DNA of 58,429 bases, the filler included, from Platydemus manokwari (lineage: Eukaryota): NCBI GenBank assembly GCA_037951405.1. It is 6 parts of 6 records of this genome, joined end to end, with 100 filler letters (N's around TTAATTAATTAA, not from the genome) between each part and the next. Parts side by side here need not be neighbours in the genome. Positions count along the whole stretch, not along the records: positions 8,880 to 17,904 come from JBBMOY011291429.1; positions 18,005 to 29,310 come from JBBMOY010776646.1; 4 more parts are not named here. The stretch is one strand, 5' to 3'. Shown here piece by piece: positions 12,451 through 24,473 of this stretch (its first letter is position 1; each line of letters starts with the position of its first letter). The notes under the pieces are model-generated. The model was not told the DNA's origin. It saw only the letters and a program-made list of their open reading frames with translations, and searched no databases. The position numbers and the translations under genes are program-made.

Positions 12451-15400
12451 GTCTATATCGAAATTTAAAAAATTAATTATAAATTTTATTTATTTCAAGA
12501 ATTTCTTCAAATATTGTGTATGTGTTTTGTCTTTTCAATTCTCTTTCAATGCTCGCTTTATAAATTTAATATATTATTATATATCATTCCCATTTACTTA
12601 TTGAATAAGGCTATAAATCGACAGGAATTAGATAAAATAATTTAAAATTACTTTTTAAACTAATAAATATCATTAACATTGACGAAAAACATCGAGATTT
12701 AGTAATCGATTCTTAAAAATCTATGATTTTTCGGAATTTCCATTAATTTAGAAATAGCTATTTAGGTATTTGTCCTCAATTTTGATTTTTCAGAATAATA
12801 TGTAAGAATTATAATGAGTTGTTTCAATAGCTACTGTTGTCATGTGTAATTCAATAATCAAAATAGTGATGTGTAATTTGATTTCAGATGATTTTAAGCA
12901 GCTGATTTCGAGTTTTACAATTACGGTGAGAAAGTGATTCGAAAACGGTAAAGATTCTTATGATCCAAAAATCACCCTGGCCTAGAATTTGATCACGCAG
13001 CACAAATTATATGGTTTATTCAAAAGAATCAATATATTTTTTGAAAATAATATCATGCAGACATTGTCGAGTATGAAAAATAATCTTTTAAAAAATAATT
13101 AAAAATTCGGAATAAATATCATTTGAAAAATTCTAAAAGAAAATCATAAATAATTTACTTAAATAAAAAAATAAAAATTAATAGAATGTTCTAAAACGAT
13201 CTGGTTAAATGAATCGATTTAATATTGGATGCGGGAACATTATAAAAATATCTATTCTTGACAAAAAAACTCTCAGTTGGGAGCCAGGTTTTGGTTGCGT
13301 TTTTTGAGAAATTACATGGAGTTCTAAAGTCGTACTGATTGGTACGTGTGCCAGTTAAAAACCAAATTTTGGTTGAATCGTTGTGATACTTTGTGAGTCG
13401 AACTAATTAGAAATAACGTTAGAAATAAAGGTTGAAACCTTCGATTGTTGGAATCAGTAATTATTTGGTTATTCAGAATTTAGTCCATAGAATTATTAAA
13501 TTTTCAGCCTTTGGATAAAAATCAACTCCTTTTCAAGCTTAATTAATCGATATCAATAAAGCCAAAATAAATAAGATCTTATTCTTGAATGAATTCGTTT
13601 ATATGTGCAATTAAATTTCTAATAAACAGTGATAATATAAAATATTTACATAATCTTCTTAATAGAATTTGTAACAATTATCGATTTTCTGTAAAATTTA
13701 CGAGTTTAGAAGTAATTTATATATGTGTATGTTGTTTTTTGAAATGAAGATTTCATAAATTTACAACCGGTTACTGATCAATATTTTTGACATTGAAGAA
13801 TCCTAGGAATTATATGAAAAATATATTTTATTCTATTTAAAATATCACTTCTGTTTTTGTCGTGAAATGTAATCAATTTATTTACAATATCTCATGACCA
13901 ATCCCGATATTAATTTAATTTTTTCCCTTTTACGCAATAATCTGTCAAAATACATTGATAAGGAAAAGAAAATGAAAAAAATGTCTGATCTTTAACCTCT
14001 CCTTTTCATTAATTGTACTCGTTTCAAACAAACATAGGCTAAGGTTTAGGTAACATCGACCTATATATGATTTTTATATCATTCAGTAAAATATGTTAGC
14101 ATAATGAAAAAAATGCGAAAAAATTTGAAACCCTTAGAATTCGGTCGAAATATCTCTCCGTTATTTGTCAATCAATGGGAGGAGGATTTGTGAATCTGGA
14201 TTAAAATTATTGATGGTGATTTAAGATACTTTGGAATTTATAATCAGTAATTTACGTTAATATTTTGTTCCCACGTGATGGAATAGCATTATAATGATTT
14301 AACAGCAATATTATATACATTCATCTGATATTTGTTTTATTTTTGAGGCATTATATAAAAAATCCAATATTTTTCACTTCGTTAATATAGATAGTTGCTT
14401 ATCGGCCGATAATCACGTGATGATTTAATTCAGATGTATTAATTTGTTTCGATAATTTTATGAAATATATTTTTATGTTGTTGTGACTTTATAAAATGGA
14501 GCACTTTGCTAACCATATTGACACTCAAATTATGATGAGTAAGAAATAAAACCTAAAATAAATTCGGTCCAACATTGATTAGACATATATCACGATTTTT
14601 GAATACGTTTTAAGCAAAGAATTTTGACTTATTTTTTTGTTTCCATTTGACATCCAATAAAACAAAAAAGGCAATTGAATATCGTGATTAATTGAGAGTT
14701 TTTGGAGTTATTTTCAATCATAAATTTGATACACCAATTCATTATTATTCTTTTACGTATTCGATATTGGGAATCAATGGAAAAAAATGTGGAAAACTTA
14801 ATGAATCGTTCCTTTATGGTCAATAGCAATTGCCGAAGGGGCAATAATGTCTACTTGTTAAATCTCATTGTTTCTCATATCTGATCAAGCGTGACCTAAT
14901 GAAGTTCATTCTCATCCCATATATTACGAAATCATAAAATTACCTCGTGATAAAATTCTCGATATTCACATTAAATAATAAGTGGATTATTTTTTCTCCA
15001 ATTTTTTGTTTTAATATTAATGGGATTTTTTCTCATTTCTCCATCATGTTGAGATTTGGAAAAAAACTCAGAAGAAAAATGCAATCGATTTTCAAATCAT
15101 AAATTTTACACATCATGAACTGTTTTATTCGAAATTTTTGCTTTTTTAAATTTCTCTCGGATGACTTAGAGAAAGTAATAAACAAGAAATTGAGTTTTTT
15201 CTAAATAACTTTCGATAAAATAATTTTTCACTTAACTTTTAGTAAAATAAATAGTTTCCTCAGAAATAATCTTAGTGTGAAGTTTGAAAATTAATTATTA
15301 TATTAAATATAAATATATAAATAAATATATTAAATATATAAGTCACGACATCAATTTATATAATTAATTGCAATTATTTAAACAAAATAATATAATTTTA

Positions 15401-16633
15401 TGTAAAATCTGAATTGAATCTTTAAAAATTTAACTCCTTTAAAAATTCTCACATCCCCGTCCTTAAAATCTTGGATTTTCTTAATTGTTTCTGCATTGAA
15501 TACCCAAGATAAAAACATAAAAACTCCTATTGTTCTATCTTCTTTATATTTGGTTTTATATCTTGTTTAGATATCCTTTCCATATTCTCTACATTTTTAA
15601 ATCTTCTTTATATCTACTTTATATATTATCTGTATGGTCCCTATATCTTACTCCTTCTCTTCCATTATTGTCAGTCATTGGTCTTCTCTGAATCGAATCC
15701 TAGATGATTTTATAAATAAATTGTAATTTTAAAATCCTTAAAATATTATCAATTGAAACAGTTTAAAATATGAATCGAATCCAAATATGTGTTTATCGTG
15801 ATAACTGCTACAATATAATTAAAACCACAGAAGTACATTTAATTAAAATGTAAAAAAAAAATATCTCAATTGATTAGCTATATTTTTAATATCAATTTAT
15901 TTTCTATTTAAATCGATTATTTAAATACTAATTTGTTTCAAAATTTCCAGAATGTTATAATAATTATAATTATAATTATCACTACTGTAATCAATGCTGC
16001 ATTACTACAGAGTTTAAAATATGAGTTCCAGTCGAAAGAAAACAACATTATATTGGTTTTTATGGCTTAATCAGTACATTCATCTGAACTGTGAAATTGA
16101 AATTTCGATAGTCATCTGCAATTCATCTGAAAATTAATCAGAACAAACAAAAAAAGCATATTAAATTCTTTAAAAATTAATTTTCCGAAAATTACGAAAT
16201 ATTATCTTGATTGAAAGTATTGATTTGTTAAGAATAAATAATAGAACACGATTTAATAATTCTTTTATTCAATCGATTCCGAAAGTTATGGCTCATTGAA
16301 TAATTTATTAAAGCCAATATTTGGAACAACAATAAAATTGAAAATAAGAGATTAAATTAAAATTATCAAATGCAAGAGTGAAGCAATCATTGATTTCATT
16401 TATATTTTATTAGCTAGCTCAACACTTTTTTTCATGCAAAGAAATTTGAAAGTACAACATGTTATCAAATCAGAACGATTTTAAAAAGTAATACAAACAC
16501 ATGCACACATATATGTGTTAAAAAGTGAACTATACCCCTTCATTTATATTGATCTACCATCGCAGAAACTATTTCTGTGTGTATAATAAATCTGACAATA
16601 ACTGATACGGTTACTGCTGCAACTACACTAGCT

Positions 16634-17190
16634 TGTTTGGTGGATCAAAAATCAATCAGAAAGATCACAAGGACCAAGGAAAAAGCTCTAAAAAGGGGCC
16701 GATATAGACAGACGCGATAACCACATGTGCCATCAGCCAATCAGATTCGGTTTAATATTGATTCATATTTAGAAGCTAAGAATCGATAGGCACATACCCA
16801 CAAATGGCAGCAAGCTTAAATATCCGTCAATGACACGAGAGATGGTAGGCAAATTTCAATCGATCCAAAAACAAATTCATAAATGGAAAACGATGATTTG
16901 TAAAATAAAGCAGATACACTCGATAGGTCAATAAAAGAAATTGAGTTCCATGAATGTCTGCCAGTCTATTTTGGTCGGTAACTCGAGTGTTCAGTTTATT
17001 TTTGTGTGATTTTTAATAATCAGTCTTTTTGATAACTTTCCATTCTGTTTTTGTTTTTCGGGTGGTGATTCCGTCTTGAGTGATTTACTATTGTGAGTGT
17101 GAAAAAATTTACTGTAGTCATGGAGATTTTGATCGTGATATTTCGGTTAATATATAGTTGGATATACATTGTTGATTAATATACCCAGAA
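16634..17190 (+). mobile_element. Solo LTR copy B (557 bp), 4-bp TSD AGCT
   Basis: Starts TGTT and is flanked by AGCT at 16630-33 and 17191-94. Long alignable core with copy A (CAGCCAATC.GATTC...CATATTTAGAAG...CAAATGGCAGCAAGCT.AAATATC). Confidence 0.7.
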
Positions 17191-17904
17191 AGCTGTACTT
17201 TTAAATTAATAGCACATACTGATACTCTAGTAGCTACACTAGCTGAAAAATTCAAGATTATCTTGCTTTACATTTCTGTTCTCTCTGAATGGCAAATTTC
17301 TCAATTCCATTAATTTATATATCGATTTCAACACAATCTTATCATGAAAATCCAAATTTCATAACACTGAAACTCTAGTGGTTCTTTAGTTAATTTTTTT
17401 ATCATGTCATTCGAATAATATTCGTTTTCAAAATGATATTTATTAATACACGCACATATATCTTATCCGACAAGGTGGTCAATTTTTGTCAGTAGAATTC
17501 GAAAGTCATTTCTACTTTGGATTTTATTTTGTATCAAATAAACCAAATAAACTGGAGTCGCGGATTTTAATTAATGAATTAATAAAGGGAAAGACTTCTC
17601 ATCGAGTCTTTGGTATCACAGAAAACAAACCCTCAATTTAGACAAGTTTAGCGCTATAGGTATTATGTAAGATAGTGATTAAAGTTCAATGAATATTCGT
17701 CAGCATCAATACCTTTACCGTATCAATCAATTCAGCCAATTAAAACACGAGTATAAATATTATATAAATATTAAACGGTAGCAATACGCAAACTGTGTGA
17801 TTTATTTATGAAATTACCCATCAAGAATTTCATTCTCTCGACATTATTTTATTATCATGGCACTTTTATTACCAAATCATTGTATTTTATCCGTGTATGG
17901 TGTT

Positions 17905-18004
17905 NNNNNNNNNNNNNNNNNNNNNNNNNNNNNNNNNNNNNNNNNNNNTTAATTAATTAANNNNNNNNNNNNNNNNNNNNNNNNNNNNNNNNNNNNNNNN
18001 NNNN
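17905..18004. other. Artificial contig spacer N44-TTAATTAATTAA-N44
   Basis: Identical to the other four spacers. Confidence 0.97.
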
Positions 18005-18419
18005 GGATAATCCATAAAGTATTTTTAATTATAATGCATATCATTTAACATATAAATATCGCTTTATTTTTATGGATATTGATGTTTGAAAATGTCATTA
18101 CTGTTACTGTAAAGGGTCATGATAATTTATGTTGGATAATAAAATCGAAGAATCATTGCATTCACAATAGAAGCTGGAAATGATATTTGTTTTCAATGAT
18201 AAATTAACTATCAAATCATATTTTTATGGCACTTGGACGATTGACAGGTTATTGCCAATAAAAGTAACAAAAAACTATGAAAAATTTGCTTTCTCGACAA
18301 TGAAATACAAAACAGGTTTATTAAAAACAAACAGACCCATAATCTTTATACAACTGGTTTGATACATTGGAGATTTGGATTCTTTGTTCTGAATAGTTCA
18401 TTAGTTTAATACTTAAACG

Positions 18420-21400
18420 ATGGTTGGACTCACTGATATGATATACCGATGCTACTGATTCAACCATGAATCTGTTCTGTGACAGTGATATGTTGGATAA
18501 ATTTGAGGAAATAAAAATATTCCTTCATACCTATGATCAATATCCTTTTTTCGACGATATGTGGTATTGATATATACGATGTCGATCTATCTAGTGGGAT
18601 TGAAAGTGATTCTATGGTTGCCAATACTTCTACTAGAATTCATATTGACTTGGTTTCTGATTGTGATGACTCTTTTACATCATCCCAGTGTATTTTGGAT
18701 TCACAAGAAATAAATGACTAAAAACTATTTTGTGATACTAGAACCTCTGATTCAGTTCCAGTTTTTAATATTATTATTGATCTTACAACTAAAGAAAATA
18801 CCATCGATCTTTTGATCTTCAAAGCGTGCTTGGATTCTAATGTTTGGTTTACTTTTTGTACAGTCAAAAAGTCTTTTTCATTACCGTGTAACATTAATGT
18901 TGCACGAATTAAGAAACATTCTGCCTCCTTATATAAGATTACCGATATTTCTAATAGTGGAATTGAGTGCTATGGTGGGTTTGTTGGTAACGCTGTTGAC
19001 TTTAAATCGCATTATCTTTCGCATAGTATTAGTTCGAAAACTAATACTGAGTCTGTCTTTAGATGATGAAACTTTGGTAAGGTTGCCTTTAGGGGAAGAT
19101 CTTACTTCGGAATGCCTAAGCGGGTCGGAAATAGAATGGTTTATTTGCCTTAGATTGTTAGGTAACTGTTGAATTATTTTTAAACCCCAACAACCTGCTT
19201 TTCCCATTTCTCGTCTTAAAACGGTTTTATTTTATGACAAATCCCCGTTTCGGAACATAAGAACTTCCAATATAGTTCTTTGCCTTATTCATTGAAATAA
19301 CGATCATTGGCTTGTTTGTATTGTACATATAAGCGAGAAAAGTCTTATTTGTTTGAGCAGGCGAAACGTGAGGTTACTGATGAACAAATCATTTTATGAA
19401 TAAAACTCAATTGGCTATTGGAGAATTTATTCGCACGAAGACTTTTCTTTTCGTTTACTTAGTCTTATATTGAGAATTTCCCACTTCAACTTCCTTCAAT
19501 TGACTGTGGTCTCTTTGTGTTAGGGTATATATTAGATAATTGTTATAATATAAGTTTCGCTTCTCCAGTTTCGGATCTTAGAACTCAGGTTAATAAATGT
19601 CTGAGAGAGTTTATTGATGGGAAACTAGGTCTTGAAATGACTAAAATAAAGACTTGACCAAGGTTTTGAACTATTGGCATAAGCCAGTGATGGTCTTACT
19701 ACGTGATAGGTTTAAGATGAAATTTAAGTATCTTTTTGATGTAGAGAAAGAGCACGTTTAGTCGATATTTGAACTTCGGAAAGCATGCAGTATTATGCCT
19801 AAGAAAGTGGTGTAACGCATTCTTTCATCATTGTCTCCCACTTCTTTGCATACTATAGAGGAAATTACGAAACATTACACATATAAGTCTCCACTACCTT
19901 CTACTGGCTTGAATATAGATCTTCCATATTCTGAAAACAACTTCACAAATGACTCTATTTCTATTGAAGAGATTGCTAATACCCTTAAAAATGCAAGTAA
20001 TTCTGCTTCATGACATTATAGTCTTTTGTTCGTTGATTGATGTGAGATAGACCCAAGTTTCGTGTTTCTTCGCAAACTATTTAATCTTATTATATTGAAA
20101 GGGCGTGTACCCTATCAGTGCAAGAAGTTTAATACTAATCTTATTCTAAAACCACTGAAAGATAATCAAACATATCTTGTGTCATTTTGACGATCAATTG
20201 CGCTGATGGACACGTCCTATAGAATCTTCTTTACGATTCTAAATAATAGAATTTTTCTTTAAATAACTTGTGGAAAATTTTTATCAAAGAATCAATGGCA
20301 CTTCAATAAGAGGATGGTTGTACTGAACGTAATGCTTGTTTGCAGTCGAGTAGCAAATCTTGTAAAATAAGTAGGGTAAATTGTCTTTTTGTATAGTTGG
20401 ATTTGAGGGATGCTTCCCCTAGTTTGTCTCGTGAATTTCTCTGGTTAACTTTAGAAAAGATAGGTTGTGCTTCTGGCACAATTAACTTACTCAAATTTTT
20501 TATGAGAATGTTTCAACAACCTATCACTATGGTGGAATGGTAACTCCTTTAAGTGAGATAGTTAAAGATGTTGCCTTTATCCTTTATCCATGACTATAAT
20601 TTTTGGCAATTGACTTCCTATTTAAATGTTGTGGTAATCTTTAACGTCCTTTCATATTGGGAGGCATGGAATTCTTCATATTAGCCTATGCTGACTTAGT
20701 CGTTATTTCTTCAGATGCAGCTGGGATCGCTAATAGATTAGATAGAATTGTGGAATTAGCTTCAAAGGTTCACTTGACTTTCAACACTAGTAAGTGTGGT
20801 TATTATTGTAACAATTCTGAATTGAGGACTGAGTTGAAGATATATGACACTGCAGTTCCGATAGTAGATTGTGATAATTAATACAAATATCTTGGAGTTC
20901 CTTTTGGTTTCCATAAGAGTAAAGTTATTGGTGATATTTTAAATAATATCATCTTTGACTTAGAAATGATTTGTAACACGAAATTAGATCCGATTCAAAA
21001 ACTAAATGCCTTTAAAGTGTTTTTACATTTCATCTTTGAAATAGGGAAATCAGTATTTTATATCTTTCTCCTCACAAGAGGAAAATGGGTGATCAACCCA
21101 GGGAACCTGGATTCCATGAAAAGATACGCCAACTCATTAAAAAGGCAATTGGTGTTGACTTTTTTTAGGTGACGAATTATGATTTCATCTCTACTTGTAG
21201 GATATAAAGTGGTTTGAGCATTATTTAGGGAGAAATTGGCTATTATATATAGGTTATTGTTGGATCTTTCCAGCTTTGGAGTAGTGCTGATTCTAATTTG
21301 CAGGTTTTGTAAAAATAGGTTGATTGCAGTTGTAAGCAGAACATTTTCCAAGTCTGAAGAGATTCAGTTAGAGAGGTCTCTTGCTTAACTAAATAATTGT

Positions 21401-23240
21401 ATAAATGATGAGCATCTCAGTACAGGTTCGAGTGGGGATACTGGCTCTGCAAAGTAAAGGGATTGATTGTAAGTTTGTCTAGGTTGATGGTGAGTTGTAT
21501 TTGAAAATTGTTTGTAGGGAGTCGCAATATATGATTGGAAAAAAGGAGAAAAATAAGGTTTGCTCAATAATACATGAAGCTTTTTGTCTTATATGCTATG
21601 AATCTTGGTGTACTAAAAAGTCTCAGGGATTGTTGACAGCGACTTCAAAATTTGCAGTTGATATATTGGACTCTATTGTTTTGGCTCCTCAGGTTTGGCA
21701 CTTCTTGGGGCTAGGTAGGAACAATTTGCTTCTACTTAACCATACGGTGTTCCGTGGCCTAATATGTATGAGTTGTGGTGTGTCAGTAGAATCGATGGCT
21801 AATCATTGAATTCTTATCTATTTTAATCTGTTTTATTATACAAAATATTAATTAAAATCAATATATGATTTTTGTATGTGAAGGAATTGATTGGATATTC
21901 TGAAAAAATTTAAATGTTTTGTTGATTATTTTAAGAAATAGAAAAAATTATTTTATATATCACAAAATTATGATTTTTAAAACCTCGGTGATTCTGTTGA
22001 ACTTGTAACTATTCGATATATTTTGGTTGGCAGCCCGTATAGTGGAACGACAAAGTATAAACGAGTATTACTGGGGTTTTCGAATAGACTTATCTCATAG
22101 GGTTACAATGCTGACACTGACTGTCCGCCAACTAAAGTGAAGACACTGTTAAGACCGGATCTGATAATTATAAATAAGACGAATAGAATTTAGAACACTT
22201 CCCCTGTTGACTTTTTTTATTTGATTCCGTTGAGAATTTCAAGAAAAACTTGGAGAGTAATCATAGAAAGTACGATCGATTGCTTGTTCAGATTGCTAGG
22301 AAATTTAGGCATTCTGTTAGTGTTTATGTTATAAATATTGGTTGTTTTGGATCTTGAGATCCTCAAAATGATAGTGTACTTAAGCGTAAAGGACTGGATA
22401 AAAAATAAACCTCAGATTTGACTTCACTTCTGATAAGTTCTTCAATTAAAGAGTTACAAAAACTTTATCGTACACGCATGGCAAAGAAACTTAGGTCTCC
22501 AATTTTTTGTAAATATGCTTATTTGTTTATTATTGTTCATTCTGCGTTTGTGTTTATAAAGTTTATAAAGAAACATTTTGTTTACTACAACTTTTTATTG
22601 TTGTATGTGTTTTATAAGGTGCAAACTGAGAATCAGTACAGTCTTCTCCACCTTTTTATCCAATTGTATCAATGTGTTCTTAGCAAGTGTGTTTATCTTG
22701 GTTCAAAAATCAATTCTCGTGGTGGATTGAGTCCACCTGTAAAAAAGCTTATACTATGCGATCAGTCGAGAATTGTCTTGGGTGAAACTTAGTTATTATA
22801 CAATTTTTTGACACTTTATGAAACAATACTGAGTTTTAGAATGAGAAAATTAGAGAAATTTTATTATGCTAAGAAAATTATTGAACCTTCAACGGTTCTT
22901 ATCAGGTGATTCGCCTTTTCGAATTGAGCTTATTTTGCCGACTTTGTGATCTAGAACGAAAGTCTGCATGACGCGGTCCGTCGGGTTTCTCTCGGGGTTT
23001 CAGACTATTTAATGAACGAAATACTTGTAATCTTTGGTTCAGGCAGTTGAGGTTTACAGAATTTGACTTGAAAACTATCCAGGTCTCGAGGATTTGATAC
23101 TCTGATGTTTCAAGCAATTGGACGTTCTTAAGTTATGCTGCGGGATGAGCGGCGACTTAACTTTGTTTTGTTGTAAACCTTTTTCATTTGAATGCTGCAT
23201 ATACATATATGAGCGTGCTTTTCCAATAAATTATGTTGGT
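18420..23240 (+). mobile_element. Decayed NeSL/R5-type non-LTR retrotransposon (Ulp1 protease - RT - CCHC - restriction-like endonuclease)
   Basis: Ulp1/C48: IVLCLIH*NNDHWLVCIV (His at 19305) and FPLQLPSIDCGLFVL (Cys at 19505). RT: ISIEEI..L..ASNSA, GRVP..CKK, *RSIALMDTSYRIF, DGCTE, *LDLRDA, ILAYAD-L, FNTSKC, YKYLGVPFG, LDPIQKL. Zn knuckle CMSC..ESMANH. RLE: LRPDLII (22149), KYD, IGCFGS*DP.N. AATAAA near 23225. Many stops and frameshifts; ends approximate. Confidence 0.85.
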
Positions 23241-24473
23241 AATTTTCCTCAAACAATTTCGTCAATATTCGTCGACAAAACACTCATTGACTTTAGTTAA
23301 AGGTATTTTCTTAATACATAAATAAATTCAAACGAAAATGTATTACATACAGTAATCTTTTCGAATCAATTGTGTTTTAAGAAATGGGTGATCGAAATGA
23401 TTACAGTATAATATATTAATAACTCATAAATATTGTCCATCACGAAACAATAAACAAAACTATGAGGTGATTTGTCATTGACTGACTTTCCTCATGAAAT
23501 CTTTAATAATTGTAATAATTTGAAATTATGTTTTCATTTTAAAGTTAAAAAATAATTTTATTTTTCATCTGGTATTTCTACAAATTATTGAAATCAGTGA
23601 ACGCTTATGATCAATCGGGTCTATATTTTTTAATGATATCATCTAGAAGAATTTCTTGTTCACCTGCTTAAAATTTTTTAATAAATTCATTCACTGCAAG
23701 AACTCTATTACAAAAATAGCACGAAATGGAAATGTCCTCGATATAAAAATAAAAAGGCAAAACATGTACTTGTTAAATATCATAAATAATTTCATGAATC
23801 GTGTTGGAATTTGCTTTTCAATCTGATCAGTGAAGATCTCCTTCGTTTGAATATCATTACGATGTCCAGTAATTTACTGATTGGCATGAATTGGTTTAAA
23901 ATAATTTTATCCAAGGTTAATAAAAAATTATAAGAACTTGGAAAAATTATTATTTCCGAATATTAAACAATGGGATATCGTTACGCTAATTTGTGAAGAT
24001 ATTATATTTTTTCAATGGACATTTAAGGATTAATATATTGGTAACCTACCAGGATTAATTGATGAAAATATCAATTAGAGAATATTAGAGAATATAATAA
24101 TTTATTAAATTAATAATGAGGATCCATAATGACAACCTTTAAAATATATGAAAAATATTCTATTTTAGAATGATGGAACTGACAACAAGCTCTCATTAAA
24201 TAGTTAATATAAATAATAAATGTACGATATATACGGAATCGAGTTTGTGATATCGAAATGATTTTAGAAGAAGTAAAGATTTATTCATATTCAAAACATT
24301 GGTAAAAATATTTTTGAAAAAATCATTCAATTGCAGTGTTGAATGATGCGATATTGTTACTGTTGAGAATGAGTTTTGGCACAAATTATTTCAATTCTTA
24401 GTGTGAATAATGTATTTAAAAGAGTCAGAGAAACAATTGTGCATTTTTAATAGTGCAGATTGTTTCCTTAATT

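Noticed and set aside
10534-17190. One full-length LTR retrotransposon bounded by the two repeats
   Set aside because: Each repeat has its own different TSD and there is no gag/pol between them.
20188-22357. Stop-codon reassignment (TGA=Trp)
   Set aside because: Both TGA and TAG occur at Trp sites, frameshifts are abundant, and host genes use TGG for Trp with standard stops.
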